Assembly: GCA_017551005.1 (NCBI GenBank)
Contig: JAFZNI010000339.1
Span: forward strand, 1 to 63,464
Length of the DNA stretch: 63,464 nt
Origin: Prevotella sp.
Lineage (GTDB): Bacteria; Bacteroidota; Bacteroidia; Bacteroidales; Bacteroidaceae
Direction: 5' to 3'
Within the stretch, counting starts at the first letter, position 1; the number at the start of each line of letters is the position of its first letter. The translations under genes and the position numbers were made by a program. The notes beneath the pieces were generated by a model that saw only the letters and a program-made list of their open reading frames with translations, had not been told where the DNA came from and searched no databases. Positions 28,501 to 35,300 of this stretch are shown here, one piece after another.

Positions 28501-31282
28501 AAACAGTCTCACCATATACGGTTTGTCCAGCCCAACGGCCTTTCACCATGTTGATATTTACGTGTGTGTCGCCTGTCACTATAGCAGAAGAACCATAGCC
28601 ACCACCAAACACATTGTCAATGCTGGTACACGACCTTACATTAATGGTCGGGCCATCCTTTCCGTTTGGTGTTGTATATGGAGCCAGATTACCGCCACCA
28701 TAGAGGTTAGTAATATGGATAGGACGACAGCCTGTCTCTTCAATATTGACAGTGATAGAGCCTTCGATAGTACCTTTCTCGTTGTTTCCACCAAACACAT
28801 TGGTATAAGTGCCGTTTGTGATGGTCAGCACCACGTCGTTGTGAACCGATGCTGCCCTCGCACCGCCATAGACGGAGCCGACTCCGGGAATACAGCCTAA
28901 ACTCAGGATGGCCTTACCATCCATCTCGGCACTCTTACCGCCACCGTAAGCCTCATCCACCTCAAAGCAGTCCTCCTCGGAAGTCTGGTCAAGCATGGCA
29001 ACGGCCACCTTGCGGACATTTCCTTTCGTGTTGCTGCCGCCATAGACCGAATGGATGATACCTCCATCGATGTTCACCCTGGCCACACCATAACCATATT
29101 TGCTCGTGGCCTTCTCTTCATCGGTTGTATATGCCTTGAAACCTACATGGGCACCGGGGTTGTTTGTACTCGATGAAATCTTGTCTTTACCATTACCGCC
29201 GCCAAACACTTCTTCAATCTCATACGAACCGTTAATGGTGACCTTGGTGGCAGGTGTAGAGGCAGCATTACCGCCACCATAGACCTGCTTAATGCTGGTC
29301 AGATTACAACCGTCGACAATCACTTCCGTCGAAGCGATGGTGTCATCATAACTGTCATCGGTGTCGGCAGTCGATTCACTTTCTGCTTTTACCGGCTCGT
29401 ATGGTGCTAAGTTACCACCGCCATAGACGGCTGCCAACTCATATTTACGCAACTCTGGCTCTGTAACGCTTGAATTATCTGGCTTATCATTGTTTATGGT
29501 TCCGTCTTCTTTTAGGCCAACCGTCTTAAAGACATGCACCGTGACGTTACTCTTCGGTGAACCGTTGATGTTGTTACAACCAAATACGCGTCCAGTCTTG
29601 GGAATCAACGATTCGTCGGCATTTTTATAACTTTCATTCGTTTGGGTAAATGCTGTACCGTTGACATTTACTTTTACGTCGCCATAGACGTATGCAGGGG
29701 TGTCAGCATCACCCAGACCGCCACCATAGGCATTACCGATAATACCACCAGTCAGATTAACGGTGGTGTTATAAAGTGCATAATATGTTGTCCCTGATGC
29801 GGCTTTAGCATTCTTATCTGTAATCAAGGTGTAAACACCGTTGGATAAGGTATAGTATCCTGTGACCGATGAAGTCTCATCTGTTAGACCCTCTACAGCG
29901 AAATACAATAATTTGCTATTTGTAGCATCCCAATTTGCAGTATTCGTGCTGGCCAAAGCACCGCCACCATAGACATCGCCAGTCACAGTACCGCCCGTCA
30001 CATTCACAGTGATTTGTTTCAAGGCATCTGCCTCATGGCCACCACCAAAGACATCCACACTGATAGATCCACCATCTATATTTACTACCACGTCCTGCTG
30101 CGGCGAACCATAGAGGTTGTTACAACCGAACACATTTCGGGCTGTACCGCCTTCAACAGTCACCGTGACAGGGCCATATACATTGGCTGCTATCTCGGCA
30201 TCAGTTGTATTATCACCCAGGCCACCGCCATAAACATCACCATTTACAGTGCCGCCATAAAGGTTCACCTTGGTCTCCATCATAGTCTTACTAGTAGGAG
30301 TACCTGTAAACGGAGTGACTTCACACTTTCCTTCACTGTCATTCCAAATGGCATTCACATTACCCTTTGCAGAGCCGCCATAGACATCACCAAGAATTGT
30401 GGCAGCACCTGAATAAGTGTAATCCGGTGATGTTCCAGTCCTCTCACCAATGTTTACCGTCACATCGCCTTTCACCAGCGTAGGCTGTCCATAGCCGCCG
30501 CCATGCACATTACCCCCCTCAATAGTAGTATTTTCGCCTTCTGTGGTTGATTTACCGATAGTTCCACGAACGACATCAACTGAAACATCGCTTTCCAATA
30601 TACCATTCACATCACTGCCACCATAGACACTACCTTCAACTTTAAGAGTCTTGTCCACAGTTACATCTCCAATCTTCACAGTAACAGTTCCAAATGACCT
30701 TGCAGCAACGGGAGCCTCATAGTCTGTTTGCCCTTCTGTTCCTTTAGCTAATGCGCCACGGCCTCCACCATAGACATTGCCATTCACAGTACCGGTATAG
30801 ATATTCACTTCAGTGGTTTTGCCAGAAGTAGCACTAATTCTATCGAGATGATCTTTATCCCAATCATTTGCCTTCGTGGCATTCACAGCACCAAGGGCAC
30901 TACCGCCATAAACGTTACCCATTACATTGCCTTTATCAGGGTATGTGACAGTGGGAACATTATTCTCTACGACAACTTTCTTTCCGATATTCACTTCCAC
31001 CTTGCCAACAACAATGGTGACCTGGCCTTTACCACCACCAAACACGTTTCCGTGCTCATCATCTACTGTACTTTCTCCTATCGTTCCAGCGCTGATGTTC
31101 ACCGTAGCATCGGCTCCTACGTCGGCAGCGTTTCCGCCGCCATAGACATTGCCTTTGACAACAACGCCTGTGCCTGTACTTGACCCTTGTGCCAAAGTAT
31201 TACCGCCCATAAGCGACATCATTGCCACCACGAGCACAGCCCGGAGGGCTTTCCCAAAGGTGTAGTTCCTATCTTGTATCAT
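10589..31282 (-). CDS. Giant 6897-aa secreted Gly-rich repeat protein (G[ND]V[YF]GGG repeats, predicted beta-solenoid); no recognisable C-terminal secretion domain
   Basis: 20.7-kb uninterrupted ORF; Sec signal ending NTLA|Q; V[YF]GG[GS] motif recurring along the whole length; ends TNVVIGKEAPATSTGGGESGGGSEPSNP. Confidence 0.9.
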   Translation of the reverse strand: MIQDRNYTFGKALRAVLVVAMMSLMGGNTLAQGSSTGTGVVVKGNVYGGGNAADVGADATVNISAGTIGESTVDDEHGNVFGGGKGQVTIVVGKVEVNIGKKVVVENNVPTVTYPDKGNVMGNVYGGSALGAVNATKANDWDKDHLDRISATSGKTTEVNIYTGTVNGNVYGGGRGALAKGTEGQTDYEAPVAARSFGTVTVKIGDVTVDKTLKVEGSVYGGSDVNGILESDVSVDVVRGTIGKSTTEGENTTIEGGNVHGGGYGQPTLVKGDVTVNIGERTGTSPDYTYSGAATILGDVYGGSAKGNVNAIWNDSEGKCEVTPFTGTPTSKTMMETKVNLYGGTVNGDVYGGGLGDNTTDAEIAANVYGPVTVTVEGGTARNVFGCNNLYGSPQQDVVVNIDGGSISVDVFGGGHEADALKQITVNVTGGTVTGDVYGGGALASTNTANWDATNSKLLYFAVEGLTDETSSVTGYYTLSNGVYTLITDKNAKAASGTTYYALYNTTVNLTGGIIGNAYGGGLGDADTPAYVYGDVKVNVNGTAFTQTNESYKNADESLIPKTGRVFGCNNINGSPKSNVTVHVFKTVGLKEDGTINNDKPDNSSVTEPELRKYELAAVYGGGNLAPYEPVKAESESTADTDDSYDDTIASTEVIVDGCNLTSIKQVYGGGNAASTPATKVTINGSYEIEEVFGGGNGKDKISSSTNNPGAHVGFKAYTTDEEKATSKYGYGVARVNIDGGIIHSVYGGSNTKGNVRKVAVAMLDQTSEEDCFEVDEAYGGGKSAEMDGKAILSLGCIPGVGSVYGGARAASVHNDVVLTITNGTYTNVFGGNNEKGTIEGSITVNIEETGCRPIHITNLYGGGNLAPYTTPNGKDGPTINVRSCTSIDNVFGGGYGSSAIVTGDTHVNINMVKGRWAGQTVYGETVLDQLGTIGHVYGGGYGANVEGDTYVNIGTAGTVDFVTEPTYLGSGKYTYNSTTKLYEGVTVEGANITGDVFGGGFGAETNVTGTAYVNIGEKVETTSGENTTITYVAHDASTTGNFGGDIYGGSALGTVNNTQVNLYAGKVSGNVFGGGMGQLAKPADNSDPEHPVPAVEAQSATITNKAEVNLYEANANAIYGGCNANGTAGTTKVTLIGGQVGTTTTSANVFGGGFGHNTYVSGDVLVNVGESNQTTGGTTIYGDIYGGSAQGYVNAEMVSTTSGGNTTTSIQYNSSNTTTVNLNKGIIYGDAYGGGLGQKKGFNNATSDVAAEVGGDVFVNVNGAAFKISNYDDAGYTDVVKSGRVFGCNNLYGSPKGNVTVTVNKTVGLDGSGQLKTTHTKGEYEIAAVYGGGNLADYTAATGKKTNVIINGCEDTSIQYVYGGGNAAAVPETDVDINEAFELGYVFGGGNGKDKYKDDNGWETNPGANVNGNVNTILAGGTIHEAFGGSNEKGAISGSVSITTDTNPDCDLSLGKLYGAGKNADIEGDLIMTLGCMPGDENPTEEVYGGAENANVKGNVELTITSGTFRKVFGGNNTSGAIFGHIKLNIEETGCRPIKIDELYLGGFNAPYSVYGYYEDGTISGTDKPLYKPIESASDNTHTAKYFGNGTSTDHTKAPYDDPELNIISCTRIGKVFGGGLGTDAVIYGNPVVNINQIYGIKADGSGGYTAKATTLGEIGGQYTLDGETVDGGVFGGGNQAPVVGNTTINIGTKAKVEMISLAKVHAVEGDPEYVVNTAADQQPMVYQKETVLGANITGNVYGGGNQAEITGNTLVNICTEDGTTSVAEGTAKVTIAGDVFGAGKGLDTDVKSALVKGNSYVYMGGGWVKATIYGGGELSSVGDFTYDTDNIITGINNETTNSTTNEKEAPTGTATVNIFAGKVGPDNMTMPTFDGHVFGAGKGITGATSGTDGNALIPKLNFVNKTEVTISGTAFVMGSVYGGSENGHVRGNTLVNIQGGQIGCGQGETAAYAESAFINPTDPDTPVTTTNALKACASWQYDTEGKPYDPFHGTDGYNSEGGATVADANDGHTFYGNVFGGGSGYFPYAAGKWLESAGSVGGNTVVNISAGHILSSVYGGNEMTNVEGSCTINMSGGTVGVPRTKTQIENHPVIGNLFGAGKGDKRVLFNTLTNVASTSVNITGGIVYGSVFGGGEDGHILGDATTKIEEDKANNKTITIGTTGESGADGNVFGGGRGSVTSLTAGVVRGNVGLTIKSGTILGSVYGGGRLAAVGTYLVKTDNSNYGKLLDDDATKHGNITVTVNDGTIGTASSTGISGNIYGGSKGTTTDFRLGIARSTTINMTGGIAYASVYGGGELAQVVGSHTAKNDKNENISVGTEINISGGFIGISGQGRDIWGNVYGGGKGNTTQPEAGLIKTNTLIKIENGISGSTTTTPTIYHNIYGGGAYGSVGTITYGSATYIPGKTDAVSNMPTEWAENTGKAEVYVYGGTIGVNGKENGMVFGSSRGDVDTPGTDGVDPNDHLAWVYNTNVVIGGEGKNPSIKGSVYGSGENGHVFNNTNVEIHNGTIGITTNDDLGGPNYRLRGNVYGGGCGEDYYPNTEDFNPLAGIVLGTANVTIDGGQVVHNVYGAGALGSAGGKTTVTISDDAIIGVNGSAGGSVFGAARGKEGVTIVGSNLANSLETEVKIQGHSTDNTKPGAQIWGSVYGGGEAGNVKQNVKVSMTGGVVAKDVYGGGALADTQTSNWNTTTDDWADGKVDSDGKTTYKTTVNLLGGIINGDAYGGGLGRMEVKSGETVTTEGIEAKVYGDVNVNLGSSENGSSATAFWIDHYEDNSETTINESTIVKSGRVFGCNNLNGSPLGNVTVTVWKTVAGSNTRTPAGTDGKAPMTVSNSTDYEVAAVYGGGNLADYTATGKKTHVVINGCSDTSIEYVYGGGNAAAVRETDVDINAAYEIAYVFGGGNGKDPYTLDGTTWIANPGANVSGDANTVLAGGTIHEAFGGSNEKGTISGSVSITTDTNPDCALRLGKLYGAGKNADIEGDLIVTLGCMPGDENPTEEVYGGAENANVKGDVELTITSGTFRKVFGGNNTSGAIFGHIKLNIEETGCRPIKIDELYLGGYNAPYSVYGYYQDGTIDGTDKPKYVARQSASDTHTAVYFGDNSENDHTKAPYADPELNIISCTRIGKVFGGGLGSTAVIYGNPIVNINQIYGIMSDGNGGYTAKATTLGEIGGQYTLDGETVDGGVFGGGNQASVIGNTTVNIGTLTEVAPITTPVGQTANDNNRYNVLGANIVSNVYGGGQLADVGQYDVDNDHVDVAGNTYVNIGAKYNTTWESVAEGTSKVLIAGNVFGGGEGEAAESGAGAFKCAKAIVTGETNIHIGNGTVNGTVYGGGEVGRVEGNSVVAVGIGAGNTTPASAPIILGDVFGAGKGKKTHGYSALLRGNPTVTIEGDAKVRGSVYGGGEIASVGKYNVKKGDNNPVGAPDDVLVGMPYSLANSGSGYCTVIVQGNAEIGPETEMQMKKVGGPDDTGHVFGAGKGVLPYDGYGVTADDWISDPWRVSINDQKDIFNSTNYTNYEKEYFKYIETLALATETNVTIGGNAFVKGSVYGGSMNGHVQHDTHVNIAGGQIGQGAGVTKGRYSTEDWASTSLAECPHWDYDASSGAPYDPLATTSGNYDYGNYGFVPAVDRKIDSDGGRPEAKDGHTYYGNVFGGGSGSIPYAPGLWHRGAGSVGGDTYVTITGGHILTSVYGGNEHTDVGTYEKDENGQPTTTPAANNARGKCTVNMTGGTVGVPRTDTEKQEHPVVGNIFGAGKGDQRIFFNTWTNVINTEVNISGDAHIFGSIFGGGEDGHVIGDAETNIGNVTIKTGKNSGVEITKDVENNGLIIGTTGTSYNDGNVFGGGRGFSGEAQTAGTVGGNARVNINAGSVYGSVYGGGRLASVGTMFEFPTKENGGPNPAYGQFKEDSGSNTYGHVTINISGGTIGKDYSTTTPLPDGIEHSGNVFGGSMGRLNLLNGTRNPIWPKMAQVKETNVNIYGTAVVRRSVYGGGELGTVRENAYVTIGGYKTADADNDGNVAVTSSNSDSPTVMRDVYGGGYGSEDMNYTIFTIPELKSATADPTNPASYESHTYAFTPMQFAGCVGKNTYVNIAGGYIRKSVYGGGEMASVGVIDYRASTTKPTADEVTIGPIDGTTYYYDNMVKHGDPATGFALSWPYKFNYVDGYPGATHVKVSGGRLGLKTGDTDTGFDDNGDVYGAGKGQAGDFKDYLFCANVGSTDVKIAYTSTPEAYTGTGDLVAGAVYGGGEDGHVMGDTKMTILGGLIYHSVYGGGSGKGTYQGRLLKIGATEESATASDYYNREVYSITAGKVFGNTEVNMSGGYVVRNIYGGGNMGSVGKGNYAGGSDDYSTDGYGEKVNNLWSNTDFLGSGKCTVKITGGTIGYIDTTTPSNSMYPYNSPASLPYGNVFGGCRGEAAPDLDVTPSYLYSPEFFMGYANETEVTIDGSTTKILGSVYGGGMDGHVRRDASVTIKGGEIGKTFDATSTLGNDPNNIQWLARGNVYGAGSGIGEYNASVIQYSSSYTGTQLTGTGKSTSAGSVTGSTTVDIQGGTIHRNVYGGGSLASVGAPKIGQDYFEYRKGDTTEGHGVGKQTLNEVVISGGNIGDTNSYDANGNYVYGGRVFGGSRGDASLDATKFSTSMFTSVTVNANATPAKSPVIYGSVFGGGEVGIVNGSVDVTLNGGTVEHDVYGGGALANTNTETSSTVPYTTTVNLLGGTISGDAYGGGLGQKTGFNSATSDIAAVVYGDINVKLGKEDGSSATAFNVTKYTDAGHVGIVKSGRVFGCNNLMGSPQGDVRVTVYKTVEGNTPKTASGDLKSSDASKHKYHVAAVYGGGNLADFTTAGKKAYVRIETCDVSIRDVYGGGNAAEVPGTDVLVRGAYEIQEVFGGGNGKDPYTNGTDWIDNPGANIGNATNPGNATTLLTGGFIHEAYGGSNEQGTIFGSVSIDMGVGSSADHTDGICTLDVEKLVGAGKNADVNGDLIMIMGCKPSTKTPLLYAGADNANVKGNVELTITSGNFGKVFGGNNEGGAIFGHIKLNIEETGGCDTPITIDELYLGGNNAAYSRFGYYIKTNDEYGAPGETPVLTEGRLTFMPRTSADDPHKVVKTYNRADNSWTVYSGTGTDVFTPYDEPVLNVVSCTRIDQVFGGGYGEGGTMYANPTVNINMIPGHFANDNTVGVPAVMTAKAINASDNPQNLGIIGDVFGGGNAAAVMGNPTVNIGTATTVKLHLSYDKTKIDATHDGYEYSADQTVLGAYIHGNVYGGGNLADVGYLHDDTKNPDPNAVYCNTNVNICAKEVTENSETIWQSVEAGSGGVTIAGDVFGGGKGKENTFKCEKAMIVGNTNVRIGNGTMRGDVFGGGEVGRVEQNTSVTVGLTSGTSAPVINGNVFGAGAGKKTHGYSALVRGNATVIVQADASVGGSVYGGGEIATAGRYRIENDLPVETTGGGLCTVTVQGSAEVTGNVFGAGMGVTPAYNQTDYKNFKSMVTAANKPSGSEGDTWDYYVDEDTQTKNENFVWKYYKTEADYLKFLQTLALASNTVVTIDGNAKVKKNVYGGSESGFVQDHTQVTTQGSCVIGTKTTGDNPTVTDGNVFGGGKGLVSFAEAGLVKGTTTLYINNGTMYGNVYGGGELGSVGKYTVSADMRTFTWGDPYNNTGVCNVNIAGGTIGSGAAMSSDGTYANGNVFGAGKGKEDTFWCEKGVVYKANVNVTAGNVKGNVYGGGEVGRVETDAVVKIGPDTGNAEPTIEGNVFGGGAGVKTHGYSALVRGNTYVTVQSKAKVGHNVYGGGQIAAVGKYYLVDAQYKQDHPESNLEIGMPYSLVSDELGICNVTIKGNAAITGSVFGGGKGKEPENYTFADNTNRPKRMMSYNTALFTEDNHSIWEFADANEKYVWEYFDTKPKYQTFLETLGLTTQSVVKVDGSAQVNGSVYGGSESGFVQHNTSVTIAGGTIGTGSAGGNVFGGGLGLATFAEAGRVRGNATVTINNGTVKGNVYGGGQLGDVGTIVKSADYNYKWTNEANPGTNYEWNSTGVCNVTINGGTIGTGVAVSDDGTYANGNVYGAGKGLEDTWWCEKAMAYKTNVTITDGTIKGTVYGGGQVGRVENDATVTIGTANENVTGSKPNIIGNVFGAGAGVMTHGYSALVRGDATVTVQGVALVGGSVYGGGEIASVGRFEVPAGLPTKPLSGGKCTVTIQDHAKIGADGTGHNVFGACKGVTPAFVADGVNRSKSMQLATNAPSDASLWSPYEDDPTYIWRYYPDAAAYRDFLETLALTSHPIVTIAEDATVNGSVFGGGERGITLGSVEVNMNGGTVTEDVYGGGSLADTNKGNWETSTNTWADDTNTSTTYTTAVNLHNGTINRNVYGGGLGDATTAALVYGDVTVELNKTTASDNCVVKGSVFGCNNVNGTPKGHTKVHVFKTVSAGHSHGYDVTSVFGGGKSADYVPADARQSAEVIIEGCNLTSIQEVYGGGYGASTPGTDVLINGTKIIDKVFGGGYGKTEEGEPKNPGANVGFRTDGTPYGIGVVDGNVVDDKTKIAIIQLKAGKVNSVFGGSNSLGDIRNGASITTLTSDETGATIDPCDILEVGELYGGGNEAVMEGGAEIVLRCMPDSWIGEVYAGARKADVGNDVSLTITSGKFEHVYGGNKSDGKIEGYVEVNIEECPTCGTPVIIGELYGGGNEAPYTLPASYGADYQSPRVNVRAFTSIGTIYGGGRGENAVVNGNPTVSINVGLVDGGGQDYDGETKTLDGKPVQLYPHEKNKIGVIGNVFGGGNAAKVNGNTNVLIGTESYVKLERIVADETDVSNYYTRSGDGTTASPYVYTKASGKAKANTIYYLPVLGVDIRGNVYGGGNAAEVTGNTNVVIGKEAPATSTGGGESGGGSEPSNP
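21660..27450 (-). repeat. Recent ~1.2-kb intragenic duplication (about 21660-22920 and 26205-27450)
   Basis: Long shared DNA runs at ~4545-bp offset, e.g. tattggccgcctatttcaccaagcgttgttgccttagcagt. Boundaries approximate. Confidence 0.85.
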
Positions 31283-32262
31283 ATCTTGTTCTGTTGTTCG
31301 TTTTTAATTACATTGTACCTGCGTTGCAGGGCCACCAGCACGCTACGCTCTGCCAACGGATTCAGACCTCGAAAAGTCGTATGGCGTTTCAGTTCCTCAA
31401 GCGACATCTCATGAAGCAGTTTTGCTATGCACTCATCAGCAAATGAGTTAGACACCACTTCGACACCAGTAAAGTCAAAGATGACCTTATTATCGCCCTT
31501 AATGAGTGCCAGCAACTTTTGACGCAGTTTCTGCCCCATGTCGCGCGTCCCGAAATCTGTTCCGTATTTTGAGAACTCAAAGACTGTCGAATTAAAGATT
31601 GACTGTGTGTCGTACCATAATGAATCCAATTCTTCTGTACCAATAAAACTCTCATTATATTCTTCCTCCACATCAGTCCGATGGTCAACCACCTGACCTG
31701 GATCTATCTCAACAGCAGTGCCTATCTCCATATAAAGAAGTGTTCCCTGCCAATAACCATTTTCAACAACTGAGGTTTTCCCGTCTTCTACAATCAACTT
31801 ATGACTACCCGAATGTAGGATAAACTTCTTGCCGATATTGTCCACAAGCCTCGACGTCGTGTATAGTCCAAATCCCATACCTTTACCGTCAGTAATCTGG
31901 TCTTCCAGACACAATCTAAGGGCTTCAGCCTCAGTTACATTCTTATATTTCTCGTTCTCTGACAGTGACGCTTTAATGCCCATTCCGTCATCAGCAATCA
32001 GTATGCAAAGCGTGTGATGAAGGCCATCATAATAGGTCATCGCAGTACCCAATGGTTTGCCAGAGTGGATATGGACGTTGTCCATCATTTCGTAAAGACA
32101 ATAACTCAGAGCCTGAAGGACGCTGATTTCTATCTCGAAGTGGGATGTCATAGCATTGATGACATCCTTATAGACAGTGTTTAATGTCTGGGCATCAAAC
32201 ACGTCTATCGAGACTTTCTTCGCTCCCCTGAAATACTTGTCTAAAAGAAATGCTACATCCAT
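31279..32262 (-). CDS. HATPase_c (GHKL)-like domain fused to a C-terminal STAS-like (DUF4325-type) domain
   Basis: EMMDNVHIHS (N box), IADDGMGI (G1), GMGFGL (G2), QGT; C-terminal TRDMGQKLR...FDFTGVEVVSNSFADE. ATGA overlap with the 6897-aa gene. Confidence 0.8.
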   Translation of the reverse strand: MDVAFLLDKYFRGAKKVSIDVFDAQTLNTVYKDVINAMTSHFEIEISVLQALSYCLYEMMDNVHIHSGKPLGTAMTYYDGLHHTLCILIADDGMGIKASLSENEKYKNVTEAEALRLCLEDQITDGKGMGFGLYTTSRLVDNIGKKFILHSGSHKLIVEDGKTSVVENGYWQGTLLYMEIGTAVEIDPGQVVDHRTDVEEEYNESFIGTEELDSLWYDTQSIFNSTVFEFSKYGTDFGTRDMGQKLRQKLLALIKGDNKVIFDFTGVEVVSNSFADECIAKLLHEMSLEELKRHTTFRGLNPLAERSVLVALQRRYNVIKNEQQNKI

Positions 32263-32303
32263 ATTATATATTCTTATTCTTTATTCCGTCTTCCGTCTTA
32301 CAT

Positions 32304-35300
32304 CTATTCCTCTATGTTCACCGTCGTGCTTCCACCGACAGGGGCCTCGTTACCACCGCCAAAGACATTGCCATCTACGTGAGCATTGTTCTTAAGATAT
32401 ACGTTTGTGTTACCATTGACAGTACTTTCATTACCGCCCCCATAAACACTACCTTTAACTTCTGTAGAACCACTAATCGTCAGGGAAGTGTTACCTGATA
32501 CTGCACCTAGTCCTTCAAGAGAGACTGTGGTGAGAACATACCATTTATTGCTATTTTTGGGATATTCAAAAGTAGACTTTAGATTCGTGTCAGTGCTAGC
32601 ATCAGATGGAATAACCACCCCTTCAGGATAAAATTCTGTATCCGATTTACGGTAACACCACGTATAATATCGATCAGAGCCATCAGTATTCTTTACATAA
32701 TCGAACTCGCCATTTCCTCTCTGCATCACACCTGCATCGTCAATATAAGGGAATTTTGTCGCATTTTTATCATGAATGCGGAATGGTTCAATATTTCCAG
32801 AATAGCCGCCACCGAAGGCATTGCCCTTTACGGTACAGTCTTTGAGTGTGGAGGTGACTGTACCATTAACGTTGCCAAGATTTCCACCTCCATAGAAATC
32901 CTCTTCAATAGTGCAACCATCAAGAAAACTTGTGGTATTACCCGTTGAAGTGGAACCAAATTGAGCCCAGTGACGGTATGTACGTAACGTTGGCTTTGCC
33001 CCTATGCCATTAGACTCCACAAAACATTCAAACTCAAATTGTGCATGATAGCCTTTGTTATCACTATTCTCTCCTGGCCCTTCGTATGATTTAGCAACTC
33101 CCGAAATAGTATTAAGGGGGTTGAATGTACCATAACCAAAATCTTTCCAACCGGCAGCGGTCTGTGCAGGCATAGCCCAGTCATTGCCATCTCGTACACC
33201 ATCACGATAGAAGCTGGTTCCACCGTTTCCTCCACCAAAGTATTTGGTAAACGTAGTTCCAGTTGCATAAGTAGTGACTGTTTGATTATCCATTAGACCA
33301 ACCTTGGGTCCTCCACAGTACTTGGTCACCAAACTATGGTCAATGGTGACATTGATATTCCCCCCCACAGGTCTAGTTCCATTGATGCCGCCACCATAGA
33401 ACTCATCGATGACAGAATGATCAATTTTGAAAGTGACATTACCAAGAATCTTATCATATCCTCCACCAGCCATAATACCAAAATAGCCTCCATTTGTGTA
33501 GCAATGTGGATTTCCTTGATTAAAATCACTCTGACTGGCAGGATCGAGGTCAGGCCGATATATTCCTGATAGGTAGAATTCTGGATATTCGCCACCAATA
33601 GCATTGACAGCGCAAAGGCGTATATATGGGAAGTTTTTTTTGTTGGCATGGGCACCAGGAGCAAAACGCAACATTCGGAAATGACCTCCCATAAGGAAAT
33701 ACTGAATATTGTTGAATGGAGTATAGCGAACCACTATTTGGTCAAAGTGACCTCCATTAAGGATTATCGGAGCAGGAACTTTTTTCTGAGTAATTGTATT
33801 ATTGTCCTTATTACCATCGTATTCGAACTGGGTGAGATGCATAAAAGATGTTTCAGTGATTTCGAAATGTCCCTGTGGGATAAAGATACCTATAGTGTTC
33901 TGCTCCTTATCGTGGCGAACAGCCATACCTAATTCAGGAACTGGGAGAAAGTCGAAACGGATGGGCTGGATACCGTCACGGTTCCATTCTTTTCGAAACT
34001 GGAACTCGAAACAATAGTCAGGTTCATTATCCATATCCTGATCTATGCTCATGATTGTGTATGGGAACCAATCATTACTGCTCGTTATTTTGGTACCTAC
34101 AGCACCATTTTCGTTTCTCAACTGATGGTTACTTAACAGTACTATTGCCTGATCGTAAACAGTAAGACTGAGTGTTGGATTGTTTCCAGATCCTGCCTTA
34201 TCAAGGGCTTTGACAGCGTTCTGCCAATCATCATATACAGTCTGATTCTGAAAGGCTGTAGACAAAGTGCCAGACGGCTCGAAAGGATTGCCCAGTTTAC
34301 GGTTTCCATCTGCTGTTTGGTTAGTAACGTTCACACGATCAATATAGTGTCCTGTGTTGTGCAAATAGACAGCCTTGCCCCAATAGGCCTCGATGGTGAT
34401 TGACGTAACACCTTCTGGCACATAAAAGAAACCACCTTGGGCGAAAACACGCTTGCTTACACTATAGAGATCTTTATTAGTACAATAGCGGTCTGCAAAA
34501 TTATATCCGCTTTCCCAATCCTCTATGAAAGTATGATCAAAGGCAACGCCATTAGCATCTTTACCTGTTGAATTGGTAACACCAGTTACACCTCCAGGAA
34601 TACTAGTTATCTTCCAACCAGTGACAACATTGGCCTTATAGTTTCCACCATAACGCTTGTCCCACTCCGTAGTTGGATCTGCTGTGGGATCGCCAAACAC
34701 CTCGTTGTAATATGGCAATTGCACCTTGTAGTAACCATAATCGTGGTTTGGAGTATCCATATCAGTAATGATCAGAGATATGGTTTTAGAGCCAATTCCA
34801 CTGGCGGCCTTACTACCGGGATTAACAGTGACACTTAACTTTTGGGTAAAACTCTTACCACGATAGGCGGCAGCCGACGAACGAGTCTGCCAGCCACCAA
34901 CATAGTTATTTGCCTCTGGATCCCAAGTCTTGTTCGGATCAGGATTGATGACAGAGGGATAATAGCCCCATTTCTTCAAAACAGGATAAGGTGCGATACT
35001 AGGGTCGAGCACCCACTTGGCTATAAGCGCAGTATCAGCAGATGTCTGGTTAGACACCTCCTTGTCTGTTACCCAGTATGTGCATAGTTGACGATTACTA
35101 TTTAATATGCTTCTGTAATATTCGAAGCGGGTTAGATATTCCTCCTCAGCGGGCCAAGAGCGCTTATAATACTTAATGTCATTGTAACTGTTATCAAAAG
35201 TGGCATTTCCGCGATAATAACAATAAGGATTAACGCCATTTACGGCATCATTCTTGATCATTGCGCCATCTGCACCTCCATAAACAGGAGAAATAGAGGT

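Noticed and set aside
10589-31282. Autotransporter, RTX or Rhs/CDI toxin
   Set aside because: No C-terminal beta-barrel, GGxGxD nonapeptides, YD repeats or toxin-immunity pair.
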